Source of the DNA: Lama guanicoe
Lineage: Eukaryota
Reading direction: 5' to 3'
Assembly (NCBI GenBank): GCA_013239625.1
Contig: MU056000.1
Coordinates: 13,913,787 to 13,977,786 of the forward strand
Length of the DNA stretch: 64,000 nucleotides
Part shown: in pieces, positions 26,548 to 38,285 of the stretch
How positions within the stretch are numbered: the stretch's first letter is position 1
Layout: each line of letters opens with the position of its first letter
Position numbers and translations under genes: made by a program
The notes under the pieces: generated by a model
Told to the model about the DNA's origin: nothing
Database searches by the model: none
The model's input: only the letters and a program-made list of their open reading frames with translations

Positions 26548-26900
26548 GTATGAAGTTGTTCCTGCGGCTGAGGCAAAGATTTCGGTGCAGGGTATTTATC
26601 AGGGAGCAAATGTAAAGGAGGGGCGGAGCATGGGTGACCAGAGGAAGATATTGTCAGGGACGCAGGTCTAACAAAGATGAGGCTAATGCCGCAGGGATAC
26701 ACAGGCTGCCTGAGTGTCCACCACACTCAGTCACTGGATGAGGGTTATCCCAGAAATGACGTGACTTCAGCAAGCCGTGTATCAGCACCTGAGACAGATC
26801 TTGAAGGAGACTCGGGAGTCGGGTGCTGCCCGTACTTCCCATGCGGGGCTGCAAGTCCTTCCTTACAGGGGATGAGCATTTGCGTCTACCTCACAGCGAT
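26548..26900 (-). mobile_element. ERVL-type LTR (LTR16/LTR33-like)
   Basis: 'ctgaggcaaagatttcggtgcagggtatttatcagggag' is a typical antisense ERVL LTR 3' end. Local rise in GC. Confidence 0.55.
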
Positions 26901-26929
26901 CCTAGGTCATTTCCTCTCATTTCAAGCCC

Positions 26930-27310
26930 CTCCAGTGAAGCTGTGGTCTGCACTAAAAATGCTCACGTGCTCTTCCCTTCAATACTTCTCCTATTGCCAA
27001 ATCCAATGGATTATGTCTGCTCTCATCTCATCAGCAGCAAACTGCCCACAGTCTACTGTTTGTAACTCTCCCAAAGACTTCGCTTTTCCGATCTCTCTCA
27101 GTTTTACTCTCTGATGTTTTGGATTGTCATCCCACTGATTTGCTTATTGTCATTATACTCATTTACTTATTAATTTTGACAATTGCTGGTCCTTTCCCAC
27201 TGGAATAAAAGCTCCACGAGGCCAGTTTCGTTTGTGGTGTTTTCGTTGCTGTGCCCTCATTGCTAAAACAATCCCCGACCCAGAATTTTCTTCAGTGAAA
27301 ATTGAATAAA
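26930..27310 (+). mobile_element. L2 3' end
   Basis: 'cccactggaataaaagctccacgaggccag...gttgctgtgccctcattgctaaaacaat...ttgaataaa'. Confidence 0.6.
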
Positions 27311-27411
27311 GGAAGCCGCAAAAAACCCACAGAAGTGCATTGTAGCATCATAAACTAAAATGGATATAAAATAAGTTACTAAATTTAATGTATTTCCTTT
27401 GGATATTGAAG

Positions 27412-27840
27412 ATATTAGTTGGTAGTGTTGCTGTAACACAGTACCACAAATGGGGCTGTGTAAAACCCAAAATTCGTCTCTCAATTCTGGAAGCTAAGAA
27501 TCTGAAAGCAAGATTTTGGCATGGTCAGCTCCTTCTGTGGGCTGTGAGGAGTGGATCTGTTCCAGGCCCCCCTCCTTGGCTTATAGATGACGATTTCCAT
27601 ACTCACATGGCATCCTCCCTCTATCTTCAAATCATCTTTCCTCTGTGATAGCTCTATGCCCAAATTTCCTATTTTATAAGGACACCAGTCAAATTATATT
27701 ATGGCTCACTCTGAATCCACTTTAACTTGATTTACCTCTGCAAAGACCCTGTCTTCAAATTAGGTCATGTTCTGAGGTACTGGGGGTTAGGAATTCAACA
27801 TGTGAATTTGGGGGTAGGAGGTACAATTCAACCCATGACA
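27412..27840 (-). mobile_element. MLT1A/B/C-type MaLR solo LTR
   Basis: Starts 'tattagtttggtagtgttgctgtaacacagtaccacaaa' and ends 'caacatgtgaatttggggg...caattcaacccatgaca'. Confidence 0.85.
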
Positions 27841-28124
27841 CTAAGAAGAAAAATAAATTGCACCAAGAAAATATGGATATATGTTGAATATGTGAGGCTT
27901 TTCTTTGAGCCTTCATTATAGAAACTCTTTTAGGTAAAATCATGTCAGTTTGACCAAAGAAAGGATTGTGAAATATGTGAAAGAACACAATGCCACAGAA
28001 AAGATGGAAGCAGAGAAAGACTTTTGTGTGGGCAGTCTGAAAGATCAATCAAAGAGGAGAGATTATACAAGTGTATGATCAGGAAGAGTGGCTTTGAACT
28101 CCTTTATCATGTGAGATGTAAAGA

Positions 28125-29990
28125 GGCATTCATTCTTTCAGCTAGTAGTTAGAGTGCCCAGAAAAATCCAGAAACTGTCCTGGGACAGAAAAATCACTGA
28201 CCTCACGAAGCATACATTCTAGAGAGGGCAGATTAGGGAGAATAAAAAGAAGGATAATTACCTGCGTTATATGTAGATTAGATGGTGTTAATTCAAGCTG
28301 GGGGGGAATGAAGCACTTGGTTTGGGCTTACAGGTTTAACTAGAACTGTAATAGTGGGACCTAGTTTTAACTAGGACTGTACTAGTGGGTGTTGGAGTTA
28401 GCTAGTTCTGGCTCACAAGAGTTGATTGTTAAAATCTCAAGATTTTAGGCAGCTACTTAAAAAATGTAGTCATTGCTATTGATTAAATTATATAAATTTA
28501 CAATTCAACATCGTATCTTAGAAAACAAAAAATCTGAAAACTCATTACTCTCTAAGTTGAATTACTGTATTTTACTGTTAATTATACTCTTGATGTTATT
28601 TGTGTCTATTTTATCTGTGTGGTGGAAATGCTATAAAATTATGTACGCCTACTCATCCTTTCCCAACTATACATCCAGAGGTGTCATATTGGCAACTTGA
28701 AAATCATTGGCAATGGAAATACTTTCACAACGAAATTCAGAAAATGTTGATTAAATCCAGGCTTAATTCATTGAGTTAGTGATTGTCTAGACTTGAGAAA
28801 GAAAAGGAAAAAGCATAATTAAAGCATATTAAAATCAAATGTGTAGCCTTTAGATGTGAATAACACAAGATTTGAAGAAATATTCTAATATAAACTATTC
28901 AACTTAGCAGGAAAATGGTGGCTCATATAACTGATGAGAAACTAAAGTTGTACAAACACCTTTTATCTACATGTTAATGTAAGCAAAAATATCAACCGAC
29001 ACCTAAGCCAGAGCTAAACTCATTTGTCAATGACCTGAGCAACTTCTTTGCTGAATCAGACAGTAATCAAGCATTTATTTGCAGTAGGATTTTTGTCGAT
29101 ATTCATTGGATTGCAACAATGAGTTGTGTGTGGATGCAGGAGTTTGGCAAAAATCAATGCAGGCATTCTGCAAGAATCAATAGGCTATACGGAATTTATA
29201 AAAAAGAGTGATGCATAATTTATAATCGTTTGTAAATTTGGGTGCTACACATCAATTACATCAGTAAAATTTACAATAAACAAATATATATATACATATG
29301 CATATATATATATATACATATACATATATATATATACACACTTATACACATGCTTATATATTTGTGGTTGTTAAATATTTACAAGCACATCAGTAACAGC
29401 TAGCATTAAATGGATTTGAAAGAGGTGAGAGGGAAAAGTTCCAGGCCAAAAGAGTCACAAGTGCAAATGCTTTAATGTGGCTACTTTCTAGGTTGTTTGA
29501 GGGAAAGCTGTGAGGCCAGCATGTCTAAAGCAAAAAGAAGATGAAGAAGAGGGGATGAGATCAGAATGACAGACCACGTCATTGACAGGCATGTAAATTA
29601 CTGTAGTGCTTTTGACTTGGGTCATAAATGAGATAGGGAACCACTGGAAGGTTAAGTAGATACGAAATGAAGAAAAGAATGAGGTGAGGCACTTTGGAGC
29701 ACATTTCTAAGGATGAGGTGTCTGATTGGAAGTGGGGTGTGAGGGAAAGGAAGTGACTCAAATGGCATGAAGGCACCTGGCTTAAGGGCTTGGGTCAGTG
29801 GGGAATCCCTCTACAAGATTGGAAGTGTAAGATAAAGATCAATGAAGAGAGTGTTAATTCAAGGCTATATTGACTTTTATGTGCTTGAGAGCTATCTCTG
29901 CGAAAAAGACTGATGGGTAGTTGAACACATGGTGTTCGTAGAAGGGTCTGGGTTGGCGAGTCAAGACTATAATGACACTCATAAAGAGAA
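28125..29990 (-). mobile_element. L2 element split by the MER63-like insertion
   Basis: Antisense L2 3' end (cattcattc...gacctcacgaagcatacattctag) at 28128-28230, resuming at ~29400 (gttccaggc..aagtgcaaa..tgtttgaggg). Confidence 0.65.
28382..29395. mobile_element. hAT-Blackjack/MER63-like DNA transposon (~1 kb) with internal (TA/CA)n
   Basis: Left end 'ctagtgggtgttggagttagct..ctggctcacaagagttgattgttaaaat' and right end 'gttgttaaatatttacaagcacatcagt' match recalled MER63 termini. The 8-bp TSD is not resolved. Confidence 0.7.
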
Positions 29991-31419
29991 GGATGGATAT
30001 AAAGTCACTCTTGCCCAGCATAATAAAGAGAGTGCCTTTATTATAATTAATGGCCTAGATTGCTCTCTACTGAGTCTTTATTCCTTGTATAAAGTTTAGT
30101 ATGAATCCATTGCTTTTTTGTCTTTGGTTTTGTGTATGTGTATGTGCTTTGTTTTTGTTTTGCAGCTATGGATGTTTGTATTTTGTGAGATGGACCAGGA
30201 TCCTACACTTGGGGAGTAGCTACTTTCTAATTATCATATCAAGATCTTCTTCTCACTGAATCATTTGCCATTCAATACATTTTCATTTTGATTCTTTGTA
30301 GAAAGACAGATAGAAAAAGAACTAGGCAGCTACAACAGCCTATAAAGTAAGTAAAACAAACACTGCATTAATCAATGTAATGTATCTAAGACTAAATATA
30401 AAAATCTGGTTCCCTGGAAATATCTGAGAATTCTTTGTATAGAGTTATTTAAAGTTTGAAGAATGAGTTATATTAAAGAACAAGAAAATAATCAGACAGG
30501 ATTACAGAACAAGGATTGAACTAGGAGAAGAATTAACATGGCAAATAATGGCTGAGGAAGTAAGGCTAAATGAGGCATTGATTTAGTTATTTTAGAGATT
30601 TCTTTTTCTATTAAAATAAACCCAGAAATCATATTGCTTTTGTTGATTTAGCACTTTTCACTGCTTATTTTAACGCTGTTCACTCTTAGGGTTCCAGAGA
30701 ACCTATAAATGTCTTTCCACTGCTTCAAGGACCATTTATCAAACTTACTGCATGAGCTCACCCGGCAAGAGTTTATACATCTTGCTCTGCAGTATTTCCC
30801 TTTCAGAAGTAATTGTAAAAGGAATTAACTAAAGAGAGAGCACCAAATGTGAGTACAGGTAAGTCATAGCCTGAGATATTTCATGCATACGGACAACGGA
30901 GAAGGTGTAGTAAGTGGGGATTTTCACATATTCCCAGTTAATTCAGAAGCAGCAGCATCATATATTTGAATATAACTCTTCAATATTACTCTTTCATTGT
31001 GTCATTTGAGATCCAAAATAATTCTCAATTTGTCAGTTTTGCCTTGCTTTGTAACAGAACTTTGTTTATGCAAGCCCTTGATTTTAAAATATATATATAT
31101 TTTTTTACTTCTTAATCTCTCCTTTGTAGTCACTTGGAAGGTCACCAGACCAGCCATTTCTCAAACTCTGAGGCTATTTTCAAGCTGTAGACTGGGTCAA
31201 GAGACTTTATTATGTGTCACAAAAATATTCAGAGCTTTGCTGAAGGGCTTATGAACTGTCTTAAGAAACTTACTCACATTTTATAAACAAAAACTGAAGA
31301 CAAGCTAATATTACCTTTTTGAAATAATGAAGAAATACAGCTAACTATCCTCCAATACTACATTTCAAATCATTCAGAGGTAAGTACCACATGCTATTTA
31401 TATTTGCAATGGACTATTT

Positions 31420-31880
31420 AAACATAGCTTATTCAGCCAGAAGAAAAGAATACAATCTTGCCATTTGTGACAACCTGGCTGGACTTTGAGAGCATTATGC
31501 TAAATGAGATAAGTCAGACAGAGACAACTACTGTATGATCTCATACAGATGTGGAATCTGAAGAAAAAAAAACACCCCCGCCCACCCTACAAACTCATAG
31601 TACAGAGAATAGCAGGCAGGGTGTAGAGGGTGGGGGCAAAATGGGTGAAAGGAGTCAAAAGATACAAACTTCCAGTTATAAAATAAATAAGTCACGGGAG
31701 TGTAATGTAATGACTAAGGTTAATAATACTGTATTGAGTATTTGAAAGTTGCTAAGAGAGTAGAGAGAGTTCTCATCACAAGAAAGACATTGTAACAATG
31801 TATGGTGACTGATGTTAACTAGACTCACTGTGGGGATCATTTTGCAATATGTACAAATATTGAATCATGTCATATGTAGG
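31420..31880 (+). mobile_element. L1MA-type 3' end
   Basis: 'atcttgccatttgtgacaacctggctggactttgagagcattatgctaaatgagataagtcagacagaga...aaagttgctaagagagtag'. Confidence 0.85.
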
Positions 31881-32959
31881 TGAATGCCCTCCATTGAAAC
31901 ATCACACCCATCCATGCCATTGCATGCATTCTCCAATTGCCTGCTGTCTCTCTGCTTCTCCACAGGCTGCAAACATTGCTTTGACTGCTGGTGGCATCTA
32001 AGTAGAGAATGCAATGCGACGTAAGGAGGGGCCAGTGCAGTTCATTTACACTGCATAAACTGGCCTCCAGTGTGCTTACCTACCTGTTCACTGTGAATAA
32101 AGACAATCATAACATTTCTATATATCAGGGCCCCTGTGATGTCTTTTTTTTAATTGTATACTGTTTTCAGATTTTACATGGCAACCCTGTCATCAAACAG
32201 AATTGATAATGAAACAAAGACAACAGTTTAATCTCCATATGTCAACAGTTATTAAACAAAACCTATTTCTTCTAATGGCTGTTTGAATGCTAAAGGAACC
32301 AAATTCTAACAAACTGGAAATCAACAAATTAATTCAGTTAATTCATTTAATGAAGAAATTAATTCAGTGAGAATTTATTGCATTACCACGTGTTCAGTGC
32401 TCAGAATACAAAGGGGTACAGAAAATAGTCTTGAAACAGATGTGCTCACATTAAATAGAATGACCTTTTTATGAACATATCATAACCAAGGCACTTCGAC
32501 CTGGATTATTTCAAACATATTTTAAAAATTTATTTAGAGAATGAGGCATTGAGGGGTGAGATACCTCTTAATTAACACATTATTTTCTGGCTACTGAAAC
32601 GTGTAGGTAATGGATCAAAATCAGTGAGAAGATCTTGGATGTAATTATACTGCTCCAGTAACTTCTTACTTGTGCTTTGGAAACATCAGTCAAATTCAAG
32701 ACAAATTCCTTTTCCCTGAAGTATGCTTGTAATGGCATGTGGGAATTTAAGTTAAAGGACAAGTTTCTATTCTTCTCTCATCTAAAATCATATTAAGCTA
32801 TTTCTGCAGAACTCTTTTTATAATGCGTGAAAGAAAAACCTTGTCAATAACTCTATTTTGATACGTAACAATATGGTTATTTAAAAGAGCAACATGAGGT
32901 ATTCTCTTCTTTCTGTTTCCACCCTAGAAATCGGGACCATATTGAAAAAAAGTGTATCA

Positions 32960-33195
32960 ATTAAGAACATGGATTCTGCAGACAGACTGATAGTGTTCAA
33001 ACTCTATTTTCAGTGATTAGCAGTGTGGCCTTAAGAAAATTACTTCTCTGTGACTCAGTTTGCTCCTTCAGAAAACGTGGGTCATGAATTCTCATCTTGT
33101 CATAAGGCTACTGTAATGATGAAATAAAATAGCATTTGCAAAGCACAGAAAAATGCTCAGAAAAGCAAAACAAAATCATAAGCAAAATTTAGCAC
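32960..33195 (+). mobile_element. MIR SINE
   Basis: Core 'gcagtgtggccttaagaaaattactt..ctctgtgactcagtttgctc'. Confidence 0.7.
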
Positions 33196-33204
33196 TGTTC
33201 TTAC

Positions 33205-33826
33205 TAAGACAGGAAGGTGGCAGGGCGCAGCCATTCAAGGAATGCTACAGCAATTAACATCAAAATGGTAAAAGATTCAACCCCCATTAGGCCTTAAGGC
33301 ACCAGATGGTGGGAGATTTAACTTCTAGGAGATCTTGAGCTTCACTATACGCCCATTGTAATATATTTGCTTGGTGAATAACATGCCCACAGGCGCAATG
33401 GCAGTCCCAAGGCTAGCCACAAAAGGTCAAAGAGTGGGAAACGGCCAACTTCCTGGGAATCCCAGCCCCTTCCCCAGGCTAGTTAGACTGGTCCTCCCAC
33501 TTATTAGCATATGAAGCCATAAAAACTGGCAACAGGATGCCTCACGGCCACTGCCATCTCTCTCCCTCTTTGGAGACCACCCGCACTCTGTCTATGGAGT
33601 GTGTAACTACTTTTAATCTGAACACCCAACCTCCACACCTCATGGCCTTTCTCGTACCTTTCAATGTATCTCTCGAATAACTCTACCTTTTCTCAACTGG
33701 GGCTCGCTCTTGAATTCTTTTCTGCACGAAGCCAAGGACCCACACCTGGCGGGGCACTTCCCAGGGGCTCAACGGAAGCCTGGGACACGGCCCTCCTCAC
33801 GCCCCATATCCTTTTTTCCAGCATCA
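33205..33826 (+). mobile_element. ERV1 solo LTR (622 bp)
   Basis: T(A)AGAC...GCATCA ends with 4-bp flanks ttac/ttat, TATA-like CATAAAAA at ~33518 and U5 'ttgaattcttttctgcacgaagccaaggac'. Confidence 0.85.
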
Positions 33827-34016
33827 TTATCATTTATATATTATCATGTGTCAGGATGACCAGATAATATAGTCAGCTTAGTGGGAAATGTTCTCCCAAA
33901 GAATATGCTTAAATGAACATGGTTCTCACAGTTTTTATAGTATTCCAAATCTTACCGAGTTTTGTAATGTCATCTAATTTTCAACTCCAAATGGCCCCAT
34001 GAGGTGACAGAAGAGG

Positions 34017-34090
34017 ATATATATATATATATATATATATNNNNNNNNNNNNNNNNNNNNNNNNNNNNNNNNNNNNNNNNNNNNNNTTAG

Positions 34091-34137
<47 letters not shown>
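34017..34137. repeat. (TA)n microsatellite containing an assembly gap (~45 N from 34041)
   Basis: Direct reading. Confidence 0.95.
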
Positions 34138-34142
<5 letters not shown>

Positions 34143-35999
34143 TTTTAATTTATTGATGAGGATAAAGACAGAGAATATCAAGTAACTCATCTGGATTTGC
34201 TAATAAGTGTTCAGTGATTTTTCTACTGATTATTGGTGCCAGATTTGTTTTTTCCAGAGCAAATGAATTGAATGTAGCATGTTCCTTAGATAGATTAGCA
34301 GGTCTATCTAAACAGAGTTGCCTACGGTAGTATTTCATATTTTACTACAGGCAAATGTTTTTGATGTAAGTATATTTGATAATTTTACTGATGCTTGATC
34401 ATTAGGTGATTCTCCTTAAATTACATAAAACCAATATTTACATATGCAAGTACATATAGGAACACTAAACATTATCTTTTCTTAGTTTAATTCTCATGCC
34501 AAAGATGTTGCTATTTTATACTTTTTTGGAACCACTCCTGGAAGACCAGAAGAAATGAGAAATGATTGCTTTATAAACACTTGATAACAAAGTCCTTCAT
34601 CTTTGGAAGTCATATTTGATGGTTGGAAATAGATGTAGGATCTTAAAATTAAATCTAAGTCATTAAAGTAAATGATTATGATATGTTTGGACCATAAAAA
34701 GAGTATCAATTCTTAGCAAGCAGGCTGTATGTATATATGTATGTATGTATGTATCTGTCTCTCTCCTATTTTATTTTTCTGTTTTACACCACAAACTATC
34801 TCTGAATATGATTTTGAAAGGGAAATCAAAGGTATGTTTAACTAGCTTGACATGGTTGTACAGAATATAATTCTCCAAAGTAATTGCCTTGAAGAGTTAC
34901 AATCATTCTTATGTGCTTTGGCAGAGGGAAAATAGACATTCCCATTAATTTTCAGTCAAAATGTATATTTATTATAGGTGACGGCAGAAAGAGAAAGTTT
35001 CCTAAAAGTAAAGTGGGCTTTTTTTCCATAGTAAAGTGCCAATGAATTGTGAAATATTACCCATAAAACCACTACTTGCTGAAATAGACCTGGCTCAATC
35101 GATGACTTTCAATTACTAAGTGGAAAAGCCCTCCCCTGATTTTTATACAGTCTGATTCACTTATGGCAATAAACATTATAGAAAAATACTATAAACTACA
35201 ATTTACAAGTCCACCTAGTTCTGGAGCTCAATTAATAAATATTAATCATCTTTTTAATAGTCCAAAAGCCACGTACAAACATATTGTCAACTAAAGATGC
35301 ATTTTTTTTATTCAAACGATTTTGTGGAGAAAGAGCCTTACTTTATTTCTATGTTTTGTAAGTGCTTTGTTTGTAGGATGTACCTTGAAACTATAAAGAA
35401 ATTTATTTATGATTTAAATTTTAATAATTACTTTTAAATCATTTGACTAGTAATGTTTATATACACAGCTATCTAATCTCCATGATATGTTATCAATATA
35501 AATTAAATTCAAACTGTTTTCATTTATAAAAACAAAACTATTTATATAAAATTGTGGAATTACCATAGTCATTATTTTTAAAAAAATTACCCTGTATTCT
35601 ATGCATTCTTTCATCTTTTGTTGGAATTTTCTCATGCTGTGTTCATAGTTACTCACATATTAGTGTAACATATCATTCAGAAAGTAAAGACATGGAGAAA
35701 AAAATTGCTGAAATCATGACGATGTTTATTCTTATCCAAATCTGTACTCCTATTGGTATTTTCTAAGCAGAAATCTTCTTTGGTATTTTATTTCCATCAC
35801 TATGGATTTACCTTTTATAAGCCACATGACTCTTTCAGCCAGAAATGACAGAAGAAATACAATTTTCTCTCAAGCAAAACTGAGAGAAAAGACTGAATCC
35901 AAACCATCTGTGCCTCTCTTCTTAATGGAGTTTTGCTCCTCTGGGGAAAATTAAATTAGAGACTCTGGAAATCTACACAGAGCAGGTAGATTGTTTAGA

Positions 36000-36300
36000 T
36001 TGGACATACCAACCTCACTGCTGACACACACCAACCCTGACCCCTCATTCAGTAACAAACCCTGTTTTATTCTAGTCTGCACAATCCTAATCCCTTTGTT
36101 CTAACTGCTCTTTTTATTCCACAGTAATTACCACCTTCTAACATTACATGTAATTTTATTTTTATTATGTTGTTATTGTTTATTGGCTGTTTTCTCTTCA
36201 CTACCCTCGACGCAACGAGAATGTAAGCCAAGTGGTCACAAATTGGAAAATCAAATGATACGAAAACTCTTAAGGATGAAGCGTACATTTTTTTTTCTCC
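36000..36300 (+). mobile_element. L2 3' fragment
   Basis: 'ctactaccctcgacgcaacgagaatgtaagcc'-type L2 3' pattern. Confidence 0.45.
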
Positions 36301-36944
36301 TAATACCGTGGCAAGTGTCACAGGAAACACATAAACGCCACCTAAGCTTTACTTCAATATACCCAACTGACTAGGGGCTCTAAGAGCGGAAAGCAATGTG
36401 TTGAAAACCTGTTTCTTGTGCTGTGTATCTAAGTCATTCTGAATCACCCATGTCTGGAAGCCTAGAGCTGGGAAAACAAGAATAAACAAGCAGATGCCTC
36501 ATTAGAACTGCTGCTCCTTCTCTGCCTGCGGTGGAGTTCAAGGTTCTTCTCTGATGTTGTGGGTCATAACTAGGAAGACGTTTTGATATACTCATCCCAT
36601 GGAAGCTGTGATAAAGCCAGATACTGAAATGCCAATCTTCTGTATGTGGATCCTCCAAAAAATTTTTACAAAGACAAATAACAGAAAAAATTTAAAATAA
36701 ATAAAACGGGAAAAAAAGAATAGGGTGTCTGTTCCCTTTGCTGGGGTTTGGTATGGTCCCAATAGCATCTTTGCTTCTCTAAGGATGCAGAACCTCTGAA
36801 ATAATACCGCCAGGAAACATCAAACCAGCTTGCAATTTCTGCTCTGGGCAAGGAATCTCAACAGCTTCTAGAAGAATTGTGTGCAGCCCCGAGGAGAAGA
36901 CATCCATAAGGTGGAGACAATTTCAGGCTGGCTTAGCATGCCGG

Positions 36945-37175
36945 CTAAGAGCCTATCTCTAAAATGAGAATACAGAGGCTTTTTCACTTAATCCCTTGTG
37001 AATGTGCTTACATTACTTAACCCTTTTGTCCTTCAGTTTCCTGATCTGTAAAATAAGATGCTAGCTGTACCTTTTCCACAGTATTATTGAAAGGATAAAA
37101 TGAGATGAAACACAGAAAAGACTTAGAGCAGTGCTTGCATGTGGCAACTACTCAATACATGTCACCTATGTTACT
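36945..37175 (+). mobile_element. MIR SINE
   Basis: 'ttacttaacccttttgtccttcagtttcctgatctgtaaaataag...aaggataaaatgagat'. Confidence 0.75.
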
Positions 37176-37239
37176 GTTCTTTTTAAAGACGTAAGCAATA
37201 CGTTATGTGAAGACCAGTAAAGCAGGGTATGAAACAAGA

Positions 37240-38285
37240 AGGTGACTCAGTTTGAATATTATATTGAGTAGCTAGAAAAGACTTTTATGAAAGGTGATAG
37301 CTGATCTGAGAATAAAGGGAGGGAATGAACCAAGTGCTAATTTAAGGAAAGCCTTGTAGACTTGGAGAAGTGAAAGCAAATGCCAACTGTGCAAAGCTAG
37401 AGGGAGCTGGAGTCCAGGAACGCTAGGAGTCAGTGTGGCTGGAGCAGAGACATGCAGGGGGAAAATAAACTGGAGCAGAGAGGTAGAGACACTAAATCCT
37501 AGAAGGCCCTACAGGTCTGTGGAAGGGTACTGTCTTCCATTTTGCGGGAAGTATTGGTGGTTTTGGTAGAGAAGGTAGAGGACTCCTTGGCCTAGATAGG
37601 CTGAGTTCTTACAAAAATAGTAGTGATTTATTTCCTGCTCATGTTCCACATCCCTGGATATAGGTCAGCTATAGCTCTCCTCTGTGTCCTTTCATCCTGG
37701 GCCCCGTGTTGAACAACCATGCCCCAAGGCAGAAGGGAAGAGCAAGAGAGATGAAGTTACTTCTGCTGGGAACTGGCCCAGATCGCTGTGTTCACATGGC
37801 ATTGCCCTACAAGTCACAAGGCCAAGCCTCTCCATAGGGTCAGGATGTGTGCTCTTTCCTCTAAGAATCTCCAAGTGGAAGCATATATACCTCCAAAAAA
37901 GAAGAAGCAGGTGATTGTAAACAATAATATCATCTATTAAAGAAAACACCACTGTGTGAGTTTTAAAAGGATCCCTCAATGGTTGTTTCATGAAGAATGC
38001 AATATATGGAAGCAAAAATAGAATCAGGGAGAGAAGATGATCCTGAGATATTCTACAGAAAGTAATAATGTTTCTACCTTAGATTAGAAATAGAGGTGAA
38101 ATGCAGGGATTGAATTGAGGATATATATATTGAATACAGAGTTGCTAAGATGTGCTTACAGACTGGCTGTAAGGTGTGGGAGAAAGGAAAAACTCGGAAT
38201 GATTTTTTATTTGTTTTGTTGTTTCTGTTGTTTGGCCTGAGCCACGAGAAAAAATGAATGTGTCACTGAAATGGAGAACCTGAAA
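37240..38285 (-). mobile_element. L2 fragment with nested MLT1-like LTR (~37590-37930)
   Basis: Antisense L2 motifs on either side. Inner segment 'gtgatttatttcctgctcatgttccacatcc' is MLT1-like. Confidence 0.55.

Noticed and set aside
26782..26797. RE1/REST-like TCAGCACCTGAGACAG
   Set aside because: Mismatch at a highly conserved G, poor 3' flank, and it lies in an LTR remnant.
26677..27114. 145-aa ORF
   Set aside because: It spans LTR and L2 remnants with no domain signature.
31945..32026. Plus-strand acceptor (ctctgcttctccacag) with a weak downstream donor as an antisense exon
   Set aside because: Weak donor and no supporting context; such sites are expected by chance.
34041..34086. N run as a biological feature
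   Set aside because: It is an assembly gap at a (TA)n tract.
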